Positions 41,902-52,231 are shown, numbered from the stretch's first letter. The stretch: DNA of 64,000 bases from Tubulanus polymorphus (GCF_964204645.1 NC_134028.1:2976001-3040000); one strand, 5' to 3'. A program made the numbers and translations. The notes: a model not told the origin generated them from the sequence alone.

Positions 41902-43849
41902 ATGAAGCTATTTGCGTTAACAATAGTTCATAAATCAACTAGCAAAGCTAAACTATTGAAAGCTAGTAATGATTTGTCTTCATTCGGGTATTTTCAAAGA
42001 TCGAGGTAAGTATTTGCACGCTGCTGCTGGCAACAATCGATGTAGATCTAAATATTTTGCTGAGGATACTTAGGCGATCCACGTTTGATTTCATTTCAGC
42101 GTGAAAGAATTCATGGACTTCACTTGTAAGATTGTTGTTGAACGAACTGCTTCGTGTTCACGATCTTCAGTTAAAGAACAGGAATATATGTTTCATGTTT
42201 TTGTCCGAGCGGACGGATTATCCGGCGTTCTTATCAGCGACAGCGAATATCCACCGAGAGTCAGTTTTACTCTTCTGAGTAAGGTAAGAAGACTGTTTCA
42301 AATATATGGCAGATATTCCTTAGAATTTATTTAGATAGTGAAAATAATATGAAGTGGACATTTTGATGGACCCATCCAGATACTAGTCTGAGCCATTCTG
42401 ATTTAGATATTTCAGCTGCTTTTTCGACCGCAAAATTAGGATTTAGGTGGTTTTTACCAGTCTAAGACCATCTCAATATAGCCAATTTAACAACTTTCAG
42501 TCTTAAGTTCAGTCTTAAGTTTTTGAAAATACTATAAATAAAAATATGAAAATACTATAATATATATAGGACTTAAGTCTAAACTATGGAACTGGCCCTA
42601 GAGGGTTAAGATAAGGGTAGGATAAGGGTACGGTTGGCGTCTGGCCCGGTTTGCTCTAATGGTCAGAGCGCTGTGCTAGCACTGCAGTGCTTGCTGGTTG
42701 GAACCCTAATTTTCGTGCTTATTTCTTCAAATTATTACAATATATGCGCATTAGAGATGTCTATCAGAATAAGATCCGACTGCTATCCAGATAGGCGTCA
42801 GATAGGTGTGTCTCTAGAATAGCCACACTGAAATATTGATTCGTATCTAGAGATAGATCTATCAAAATTGATGTATGAAATGATGTATTTAGTCTCCTGT
42901 AATCAAGATTGTATTGAATTAAATGTTTATCGTCAAACAGAGGAAAATTAATATCTTTGTATCGTTCAGGTTCTGGATGAATTCACCGCCAAGTATCCAG
43001 CTTCTACATGGAATAGTTTAGTTGAAAAGTAAGTTGTTGTCTTTGCTTTATTTAGGCTACTAGAAAATCATGCACTGCAAGTCAACTGAAATTATTAGTT
43101 TCTCATAGTAGACTCATTTTAAATAGAGTCCTTTCAAGGCTGAATTATCATCTAACACAATTGCAAATCTTAGAAGGTGAAAATGTGAATTAAATTCCAT
43201 TATCTAATTCAAATCTTATTGGCTTACTCAATTACTAAAAATCACTGGTCCAAAATGATTCAAGTCAGATTATACTTTCATTTACATGTAGGCCTATGTG
43301 TGAGAAAGTAGGATGTGACCTGAACTCTTTCTGTTAAAATTTGTAGACCAAAGTCAGGCTGATTAAATAGTAGACATATTTCTAGGTTTTGATATTCATG
43401 CGTTATTTAATTTGTTTTCAGTCAAGTAGAATTTAAACCATGTGATGAATACTTGGCGCGCTACCAGAATCCAAAAGAAGCTGATGCTATGATGAAGTTG
43501 CAGACTGACTTAGACGAAACTAAAATCATTCTCGTGAGTAATTCTTAAGAGAAAAATAAAACTGTGCACATAGTTGAATTAGAAAATGTTTAATGGAAAT
43601 ATTGTTTGTTTTTCAGCACGACTGTCTTGAAGGTGTTCTACAACGCGGTGAAAACTTAGATAATTTAATCGAAAAGTCGGAAGGTTTGAGTATGCAGTCG
43701 AAGACATTCTATAAAACGGTCAGTAATATCAATTTTCTTCATAAAACAATAAGAATAGTTAAGGCAAAATGAGTAAGATTCATAATCTGTACGATTTCAC
43801 AATTTTTCCGCAGGCCAAGAAGACAAACCAGTGCTGTGTCATATTGTGA
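41902..43849 (+). CDS. YKT6: Synaptobrevin homolog YKT6, 198 aa. Exons: 41902-42005, 42100-42283, 42970-43028, 43422-43533, 43617-43718, 43814-43849
   Basis: Spliced ORF of 597 nt; longin domain (DLSSFGYFQRSSVKEFMDFT...EYPPRVSFTLL), SNARE core (QNPKEADAMMKLQTDLDETKIILH...[34 protein letters not shown]) and CCVIL prenylation tail. Confidence 0.96.
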
Positions 43850-45539
43850 TGGAGCTATCTATCAATTCGTTGTGATTATGAACTGTGTGAATCTGTACAA
43901 GGACGCTTCGATAAAAAACAATAAGATGGTAGTTGTAACTGTTGAAGTCAGTGACGGATTAACGTGCGGTCTATCGTAACTGTAAAAATGTAATATCGTG
44001 TGAACCTCATAATGTAGACCATTGTATACGTTTAGTTTCAAATAGATTCATACTAGGAACGCCTGCCTTCACAGTGACACAAACCCAGAGTATAAATGCT
44101 CATGTATTGTCTTAGTGTATCTTATACGTTGCTGCACGTATTGTTGTAAATTTGTATTCATTCTGATTCTGTAAGATTTGAATCAAGGCTAAGAAAGAAT
44201 ATGTTTTTATTAGATTACGGTGCGATGATCTGGTAGTCGAATGAAACAGCTGCCGCGGTTGTTTGTATTCAATACATGTTGTACATGTAATAATCAATAC
44301 TGTGCTTGTTGGGCATTTATTGAAACGGATCCGTTAAGCTGCTGTAAATTGACATTATCTCATCGGTATTAAGGATTAACTTGTTGCGAATTGTTTAAAT
44401 GTGTACGAAGTTTCTCCATGAGTTATGTAATATTTCTTGTAGTCAGTCAATCATAAATACCTCTCATCTTCCTTTTATTTCACAAATTCCTTGGAAATAT
44501 TTTCATAGAATTTTCTTAATACACATGTACAGGGGTAAATTGTCTTCTAAAAAAAGACTATTATTGGTGGAAGTTGTTAAATCCAGAAACCTCATTTCTA
44601 AAGTTAGACTACTCGTAGAAGTGTAGTTTTTAGAACCAAGGTTTGAGCTGCTTTTTGTTGTACCTTGAAATATCTGAGTGAGACTCACGAAAGTGGCTAG
44701 GAAGACCAGCGAGCATAATTATGATTACAGTAGATGCTATGTAAATGGAATTGTTAAATTTATGTAATTGACTTAATTGTGGAAGTGGGACACTGTCTTC
44801 ATAGCTGTATTGTTGATTCTTGCCTGTTATACATTTTTCATGACTCCTTTTCTAGAGTATGGTTTGTGAATGGCATCAACTGATGTTGATGTAATAGTTT
44901 ATTTTTAGGCACTCTTTTATGAACTATGACTGGTGAATTAGTCGTCTCTACAAGTCATGCGAGAAATTTAATACACATACATCATCATTATAAATAGCTT
45001 TGCGTTCATTTTGTAATATAAATACGTTATTGATTGGGATATTCTAACCAATCCATTAAATTACAGTATCAGTTTTATTTGGCCAGACCGAGACATAGTT
45101 GATATAATTGTGATCACATACCCTTGAGAAGTACGTACAGGTATATGTATATTATGTACAATGTATGATGCTTATTGCATGTGTTAGGGCTTTTGGTTGA
45201 TTTTCAATACTTTTAAAAAGTGATATAAGATCATAATATATTTTATGTAAATGCCATGTATAGAGTATATATTATAATACAATGTATGTATGAATGAATG
45301 TATGTATAATAAAACCGTCGCGAAAATATTTTGTGTTTGTTCACTTGAATCAATGATTGTATTTACATGGATTGAGGAAATTCTTCATATTGTATGTACT
45401 TCCAAAAATGGCATAAATAGCTGACCAATTTAAAGCGATAAGCCGTTGGCGTCATAAAAATGTGCATGTGTGGGATTCGAACCCTCAACGTATATCTCTG
45501 CGCATGCTCCGGTAGCTGACGTTGAACCTCATCTGTGTC

Positions 45540-45553
45540 GCTCTCTTTTTCAG
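45540..45553 (+). promoter_or_regulatory. TCT core promoter / 5' terminal oligopyrimidine tract of RPL3
   Basis: gCTCTCTTTTTCag about 20 nt before the RPL3 ATG, typical of metazoan ribosomal protein genes; NRF1-like TGCGCATGC at 45499. Confidence 0.8.
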
Positions 45554-45563
45554 ATCAGCCATC

Positions 45564-48500
45564 ATGGTGAGTTGACGTGTGAAAATTCTCTTGCTTACTT
45601 GATAAAATCTGTCGCCATCCGTGGCTTAATAGATAAATTTGATACAAAAACGTTATTGAACACCATAAGTTGAGATAATGAATTGTTAATTGATATTTTT
45701 GAATTGAAATATCGGCTATATGGGAAGGTAAATGTTTGAAGCGCCGGCTGATTCCATTGCAAAGGTGGCTCGCCCTTTCCTTATGTTAAACCACCTATAT
45801 TGCAGTGCTAAACTGATGCAATGAGAGCTGCATTACATAGCATTATTTAAAAGATTTTCCATTTATTTTAACCTTTTCAGTCGCACAGAAAATTTTCTGC
45901 TCCGAGGCATGGCTCTTTGGCCTTCCTCCCGAAGAAACGTAGTAGACGTCACCGCGGTAAATGCAAGTCTTTCCCGAAGGACAACAAAACCCAACCATGC
46001 CACTTGACAGCGTTCCTCGGCTACAAGGCCGGTATGACTCATGTCGTACGTGAAGCCGACCGACCGGGTTCCAAGTTGAACAAGAAGGAAATCGTTGAAG
46101 CTGTCACGATCGTCGAGACTCCACCGATGATCGCTGTCGGTGTTGTAGGTTACATCGAAACACCGAAAGGCCTCCGTACGTTCAAGACCGTGTTCGCTGA
46201 GCATTTGAGCGAAGAATGTCGAAGAAGATTCTACAAGAACTGGTGAGAATTAATATAATCAGCTTTTTAACTTCACTTTCAGGGATGTATCAATAAAAAA
46301 GTCCAGTAGTGGGGTTTATGGGATGATCAACTGTGGAACCACAGGATAATTTATTTTTAAATCCAGGATATAATAGGCCCCTTACATTAGATCGATACCC
46401 TGAAAAGATGACCGACTTGGTTTAGAAATTTGATGATCTCTGACCTTTCGGTGCCGATGGATGAATTTGCAATGTGATGAAAACGCATTTTGTTGCTAAA
46501 TGCGCTGGCAACCTGAACAACACTGTTGATATCACATGCTGCCTTCCTTCTGAAGCAATTCTCCAACTGTTAATGAATCTTATAAATCTATGTTTTCACC
46601 TGGTTTTTATCTCGTATACGAATATAATAACACATTACTCACGTGTAGGCCCCGCTCTGAGTTGATCTCTGAAGGGCTTTGCATACTGCCCCTCTGGTGC
46701 CTCCGTTGCATTATCGGGCATGTGTTACTATGGCTGCAGTTCTCCGCTCGTGTCTCGTACGCGATGAGGGCTCTAGCTTTTACTCTCCTCGTCATTTGTA
46801 AAGGTACCGATGCAAGAAGAAGGCTTTCACCAACTACGCCAAGAAATGGCAGGACAAGGTCGGCAAGAAAGACATCGCTCGTGACTTCGCCAAGATGAAG
46901 AAATACTGCAAGGTTATTCGAGTTATTGCCCACAGTCAGGTAAGAGACATTGTAATGAACGCAGGTTCAATTGGTGTCTGCCAATTCTGAAATTCACTTT
47001 TCCTAACACATTCGATGGAAACCCGTCCGATAGCAGGGAAGACATTTGGAATAACGAATGTATTCTGATATTCTTACAGATGAAGTTGCTGAAGAAACGT
47101 CAGAAGAAAGCTCACATCATGGAGATCCAAGTAAACGGCGGAACCATACCGAAGAAAGTTGACTTCGCTCGTCGTTTGATGGAGAAGAGTATCCCGGTTA
47201 ACCAGGTATTCAGCCCTGATGAGATGATCGATGTTATCGGTGTAACCAAGGGTAAAGGTTACAAGGGTAAGTGTGATCTTCGCTGCGTTAGAAATTCTCT
47301 TCATAACGTAATTATTAAATGATGAAAACGCATTCGTTGCCAAATGCGCAGGCAACCAGACATCAGTATGATGATACTACATGCTGCCTTCCTTCTGATG
47401 ACAATTTTTGTAAAACTGTAGTCTTGCTTAGTAAACTGTTCAAGTAGCTGAATTTTCCACAATTCCTTGTCTTTTTATTTGGTCAAGTCAAGTGTTTACT
47501 GCACTCGACTTCAGAATCAATTTGGTTGGAAGAAGTTTTTGATGCTGAGTATTTCTTTTTATTTCTTTAGGTGTTACATCCAGGTGGCACACCAAGAAAC
47601 TTCCGCGTAAGACGCATAAGGGTTTGAGAAAGGTCGCGTGTATCGGTGCTTGGCATCCGAGTCGAGTGCAGTTCTCTGTCGCTCGCGCCGGTCAGAAAGG
47701 TTATCATCACCGTACCGAAATCAACAAGAAGATCTACCGCATCGGCGCCGGAATTCACACTAAGGGCGGCAAAGTCATTAAGAATAACGCGTCGACTGAG
47801 TACGATATTACTGAGAAGACGATCACGCCCCTCGGTGGTTTCCCTCACTACGGTGAAGTCAACAATGATTATTTAATGATCCGAGGTGCTCTCGTCGGAC
47901 CCAAGAAGAGAGTGTTGACTCTTCGAAAGGTGAGTCTTGGACACCGTCTTGACAATAATACAGAAAATCCCTCCTAAAAATTGAATAGATTATTGACGTG
48001 CAAATGATGAACAAAAATAATAAGCATAGTTCAGCTGAAATTCTATGTTGATGCTAAAAGCTATCTGAGCACTCAATTTATCTGTGATGATGTCTTTATT
48101 TCGATGGTTGATGATTTTAACTGATGAATTGGTATTGTTATTATTTGCAGTCTCTGTTGGTGCACACCAAGCGTGTTGCGTTGGAGAAGATCAAGTTAAA
48201 GTTCATCGATACCTCTTCCAAGTTCGGTCACGGACGTTTCCAGACCAGAGAAGAGAAGATCGCCTTCATGGTAATTATTATTTCTTAATGATTGCGTCAG
48301 TAAACCGAGGAGAATCTATCGAGAAATTTAATGATGTGCATACATGATGATTGATTAGTCTTGCAGAATTTAAATAATCGTGTTGACGGATATCGCCCCT
48401 ATCTGATATGTACTTCATTGTTCTATATTTTATATCGATATTAATCTTAACCTTCTCGAAATATCAGCACATATGGCTTTTTAAATGTCTTCAATTTGAG

Positions 48501-48887
48501 TTAATCATATTTTAAGAATAGCTTTCAGTAATTTCTGAAAATGTCATTCTTAGTACAGGACAAATATAGTAGAAACTGCTTCATTTGGACCTTTGATATT
48601 AGGTTTATGAGATATTTGTAATGTAAAACTTTCAACAATAATGACATTAATATTAATGAAGCAATTTAAAATATTCAAAGTGTGCTATATGATGATTGAT
48701 TAGTCTTTCTGAAATATTTTCATGTAGAGACATATCGCCCCTATCTGATGCACCTATTTATTACTCAACTACATGTAGTCATTCTACTGCTCACTGCTAT
48801 TTGATCTGTTAAATTAATTTCGTGTTTTTTTTTGTGTGTTTTTAGGGACCGATGAAGAAAGATGTCCTGAAGGAAGAAGCTGCATAG
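45564..48887 (+). CDS. RPL3: 60S ribosomal protein L3 (uL3), 402 aa. Exons: 45564-45566, 45881-46242, 46804-46939, 47080-47266, 47571-47929, 48151-48270, 48846-48887
   Basis: Spliced ORF of 1209 nt: [22 protein letters not shown]...[14 protein letters not shown]...[14 protein letters not shown]...[14 protein letters not shown]; AATAAA at 48928 and 48945. Confidence 0.99.
46467..46558 (+). ncRNA. Box C/D snoRNA, SNORD83-like (18S Am468 human / Am420 yeast guide), copy A, RPL3 intron 2
   Basis: C box GTGATGA 46474-46480, D box CTGA 46550-46553, terminal stem ttgc/gcaa; guide TGCTGCCTTCCTT complementary to conserved 18S AAGGAAGGCAGCA, D+5 rule gives CCAAGG[A]AGG. Vertebrate SNORD83A/B are also in RPL3 introns. 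Confidence 0.9.
47315..47402 (+). ncRNA. Box C/D snoRNA, SNORD83-like, copy B, RPL3 intron 4
   Basis: C box ATGATGA 47319-47325, D' CAGA, C' ATGATGA, D box CTGA 47395-47398; same TGCTGCCTTCCTT guide and same CGCATT/AATGCG internal hairpin as copy A. Confidence 0.9.
47998..48072 (+). ncRNA. Box C/D snoRNA, SNORD77/snR60-like (28S Am1534 human / Am817 yeast guide), RPL3 intron 5
   Basis: Terminal stem gtgc/gcac, C box ATGATGA 48004-48010, D box CTGA 48065-48068; D' guide GCATAGTTCA-g-CTGA complementary to 28S UGAACUAUGC. Confidence 0.85.
48336..48413 (+). ncRNA. Box C/D snoRNA, SNORD80/snR60-like (28S Gm1625 human / Gm908 yeast guide), copy 1, RPL3 intron 6
   Basis: Stem gtgcata/tatgtac, C box ATGATGA 48344-48350, D box 48403-48406; guide TCGCCCCTAT complementary to 28S AUAGGGGCGA; second guide GATTAGTCTT before D' CAGA. 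Confidence 0.88.
48682..48753 (+). ncRNA. Box C/D snoRNA, SNORD80/snR60-like, copy 2, RPL3 intron 6
   Basis: Stem gtgc/gcac, C box ATGATGA 48689-48695, D' guide GATTAGTCTTT-CTGA, D guide TCGCCCCTAT-CTGA (48745-48748); paralog of 48336-48413 with boxes and guides conserved and the spacer diverged. Confidence 0.88.
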
Positions 48888-51882
48888 AGTTACTGTTTAT
48901 TTCAGTCGTGTATTCTGGACTAGGATGAATAAAAAAAAACATGAAATAAATATATTGTATTCAGCTTTGTTTTATCTCTGGTTTTTGACCTCTTGCTGCC
49001 ATCTATCGATTATTGAATTAACCAATTTCGGATTATTAACTGCTCCCGGAACAACGCCAGATCGCAATTATACTTGTTTGCTTATCATATTTTGGGTACT
49101 TTAGTGAAGTAATCTAGATCTCGCTTATCGATTCTGCATTTGAACAAACTAAAGGTCAATAAGAGGACACGGAAGTGGCGCGCTGTTAAAGATAGTGCTG
49201 CGTGGGATTCGAACCTATTACTGGACGAAGTGGGGCGTTGATATACGTAGATAAGAGGAAATCGCGTGCGCGCTTATAGCGTTGAGCAGTTAAGGCGTAA
49301 GAAGAGCAATTTTGCATATCATCATAATGAGAAAGCGCAGTGTCCATCGCAAACGCATCATTATCGGGTTTATAATTATTTTTCCTCTAACAAAAGGTTT
49401 TCCCATTCAAATCCGTCCATCATTCTGTCTCATCGGACTAGCACGTGAGCACAACAGATACTAGACTCGGGGTACTTGAGATTGGCGGCTTTGAGATCCC
49501 CAGCTCATTCACGAATTAGACGATTCAATCCGAAGTTGGAATACCGTTGCGGGTGTTCTAGGCGGTGTTATCTCCGTTTTAGCGCCGCGAACAAATATTC
49601 TCGAAAGCATGAAATAAGATACCTCTTAAATGATTACAACTTTTCGGTTTTCGAAAATTTTGCGTTTAAACAAACATCAAAACAATTAGATACAACTTGT
49701 AACCTGGAACCTCTCTCCCCTGCAGAACATTTACCCTGAATTTTCCCATCGTATATCATATTTAGTTATCACGCGGGTATCTGAAAACCGTTTGATCGCT
49801 TTGGGGCTTGGATTGTGGCCAATAGGCATGGTTGTTTTGTACGACACATGCCCCCGATTTTGCGATAGACATGTATTCAGACGGCAGTCTGCTGCGTAGT
49901 GCTTTTGGAATATATGCGAAATGATCGTCTCTCAACTACATACGAAATTCACTCCGTGTTGGATTAATACACGCGAACATGCTTTGTTTAAAATGGATTA
50001 ACACGCGCTACATACACATAATTAACCACGCTGAATAATAAATCGGATATATACGATTTTAAGTAAGTAAAGCATAAGCGCGTTTACCATTAATCATATT
50101 TAAATCAACAAAATAACGCATTTTTTACAACAATAAAATAACGCGCATGCAAAGTATAGCAAAATTGTGAAGTGTTTTGGGTGTGCGCCGTTTTGATTTC
50201 GGCAGCGGGGATAAGTATATATACATATGAAATTTATAACGCGCGTAGAATTCTGTAATTTCGTGTTATTTTGGGGTTTCATTATGAGTGGATCCGATGT
50301 GATGACCCGACTTCTCGCTGTCTCCGAAATATTATTGATGTTGCAATGCAAATACACAAATACATATTTCTTTACACAAAATATTGGCTTGTTTCGGTCT
50401 TAAAATATCCGTAGGTTGCCTTACACTGCGATCTCTCTTTTCGATCTAATTGTCCGTCACATAATATATGTTCGAAAATATGGTGCAATGAATTTTTTTG
50501 AATTATTTTCAATGGTCTATGGTCCAATTTACATCCGCCAAAAACATATGATATATATAGTACTCTGAAAATGAATATCATCAAATCATCATGAATTCTC
50601 GAAATGAAGAAGATTCCAGAATTAACTCGTAGACATTTTAGCTCATATTGAGACTTTCGGTGAGCGCGCAAATGCGAATTAAAAATTGCGAAATCGGAAA
50701 GTTGAATTTGTCCTCTGGAAATTATTGTTTCGAATGAGACTGCATTGTATGGTATTTCGTACATAACCCCGGCGTATATGATTACATACACGGGGAACAT
50801 TCTATTTGCAAATAGCCTAAATGTATGTACGTAGACTAATTACAAAGCTCGTTCCTTCACAGTTTGGAGAGAGATTATATGGAAATGAAAATCATTTTAG
50901 CGCTCTTGGTAACCTAGTTGTTGATATAGATGCCGGATGCTGAGAGATATGGAAATTGGGACAGCGCTATTCTTCGAGAATATGCTATGCACATTGCAAT
51001 AATAAACACAAACCACATTTTATTGGTCAACTCTTCGTAAACATACACGCCGAGTTCAATAACAGAAACGTTTTATGGCAGCGCTCGAGGCTCGACTCAG
51101 CCGTGGGAAATAAACAGTTATTAAAACCCCCTGAAATATTGCGTGATCAAACTCCCCTTCCCGTGACCATTGCCTGATCCAAGTATCACGAAGGAATCCA
51201 TTTCCATTTGGTTCAAATTCAATTTACATTTTGAAATGCCGGTTACGAAACATGCGTATCCTTTAGGTGTATGGAAGGAAATCAAGGAACTTCACATTAT
51301 TTGAATGTCGGAAAAATGAGTTTAGGAATTTTATCATAAAGAACATAATCATGCGGGTGGTTGATGCGTTGGAATGAGAAATTATAACTGACAGAATTCA
51401 GATTGAATCGAAAACTTGAATTTATTTGCGTCATTGGAGAAGAAGATGGCTCTTTAAAAAATAGGCCACACCTTGAGAGCAGATTATCCACGTACCCGGA
51501 GCCGTGCTTGAGAGAGAGATGCCTTCCGTCATATCCCTGTTGATTGCAATGTCATCACCGCGCATTTTACTGGCCCTTCACTTACCCCAATGCTACGATA
51601 CACAAGCATCCACACTCATAATCAATTTCATAACCGACATCTAAATCTCTTAGAAATGTATGCGATGAATTTTTGAAACCATTTTGCGAATCCATTTCGC
51701 ACACATTTTTATGAGTGAAATTGATTATGATAATCTGCCTTAGGGACAAGAGAACATTACAAACAGCGGTAACTTTAGAATTCTCGGCACGACTAACAAC
51801 AATCATCCCGACCACCTCTAGCGAAACTCTACTTTTTCATTATCAAAATTATTTATTTCTCCCGGCGTGTACACATAATATA

Positions 51883-52231
51883 CAGAGGCGGCGGATCTAG
51901 GGTCTGATTTAGGGAGGGGCGAAACCCTAATATAGGCCATATATATTATATAATTTAAAAGGCACCCTGAAAAAAGCTCGTCGCAACTCATTTCTTGGTA
52001 ATACAGTCAAACCCGCTTAATCTAGATTTTGATCTAATCCGGACAATATTTGCAGTCCATTTGTTCATTGATATACAAGAAAATTACCTTTAATCCGGAT
52101 TTCCAGTAAACGGGATGGATTTTGTTGGTCCCAAATGATCCGAATTAAGTGAATTCTGTTGCACATTTTCCCGTAAAATTTCAGGGCAACTTGACATGTT
52201 TAGGAGGTGCGCACCCTTGGTTTCACCCCTG
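51883..52231. mobile_element. Degenerate MITE with a probable nested Tc1/mariner-type MITE (52004-52161)
   Basis: Outer ends CAGAGGCGGCGGATCTAGGG / CCTTGGTTTCACCCCTG; inner ta-CAGTCAAACCCGCTTAATC ... GAATTAAGTGAATTCTGTTG. A similar outer element lies near 18043-18180. Confidence 0.5.

Noticed and set aside
46405-46460. Possible extra C/D snoRNA in RPL3 intron 2
   Set aside because: Degenerate C and D boxes, and the apparent 18S complement (CTCTGACCTTTCG) needs a bulge.
46467-46558. U14 snoRNA
   Set aside because: U14 domain B ends CCTTCCTTGGATGTCTGA; here CCTTCCTT abuts CTGA, which is the SNORD83 register, and no domain A is visible.
45863-47848. Minus-strand ORFs of 93-113 aa over RPL3
   Set aside because: Antisense shadows of codon-biased RPL3 exons.
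48084-48124. Additional C/D snoRNA (GTGATGA...CTGA)
   Set aside because: Only about 41 nt between outer boxes, no terminal stem, no recognisable guide, and it overlaps the branch region.
50372-50800. 142-aa minus-strand ORF
   Set aside because: No recognisable domain, intron-like composition, no splice context.
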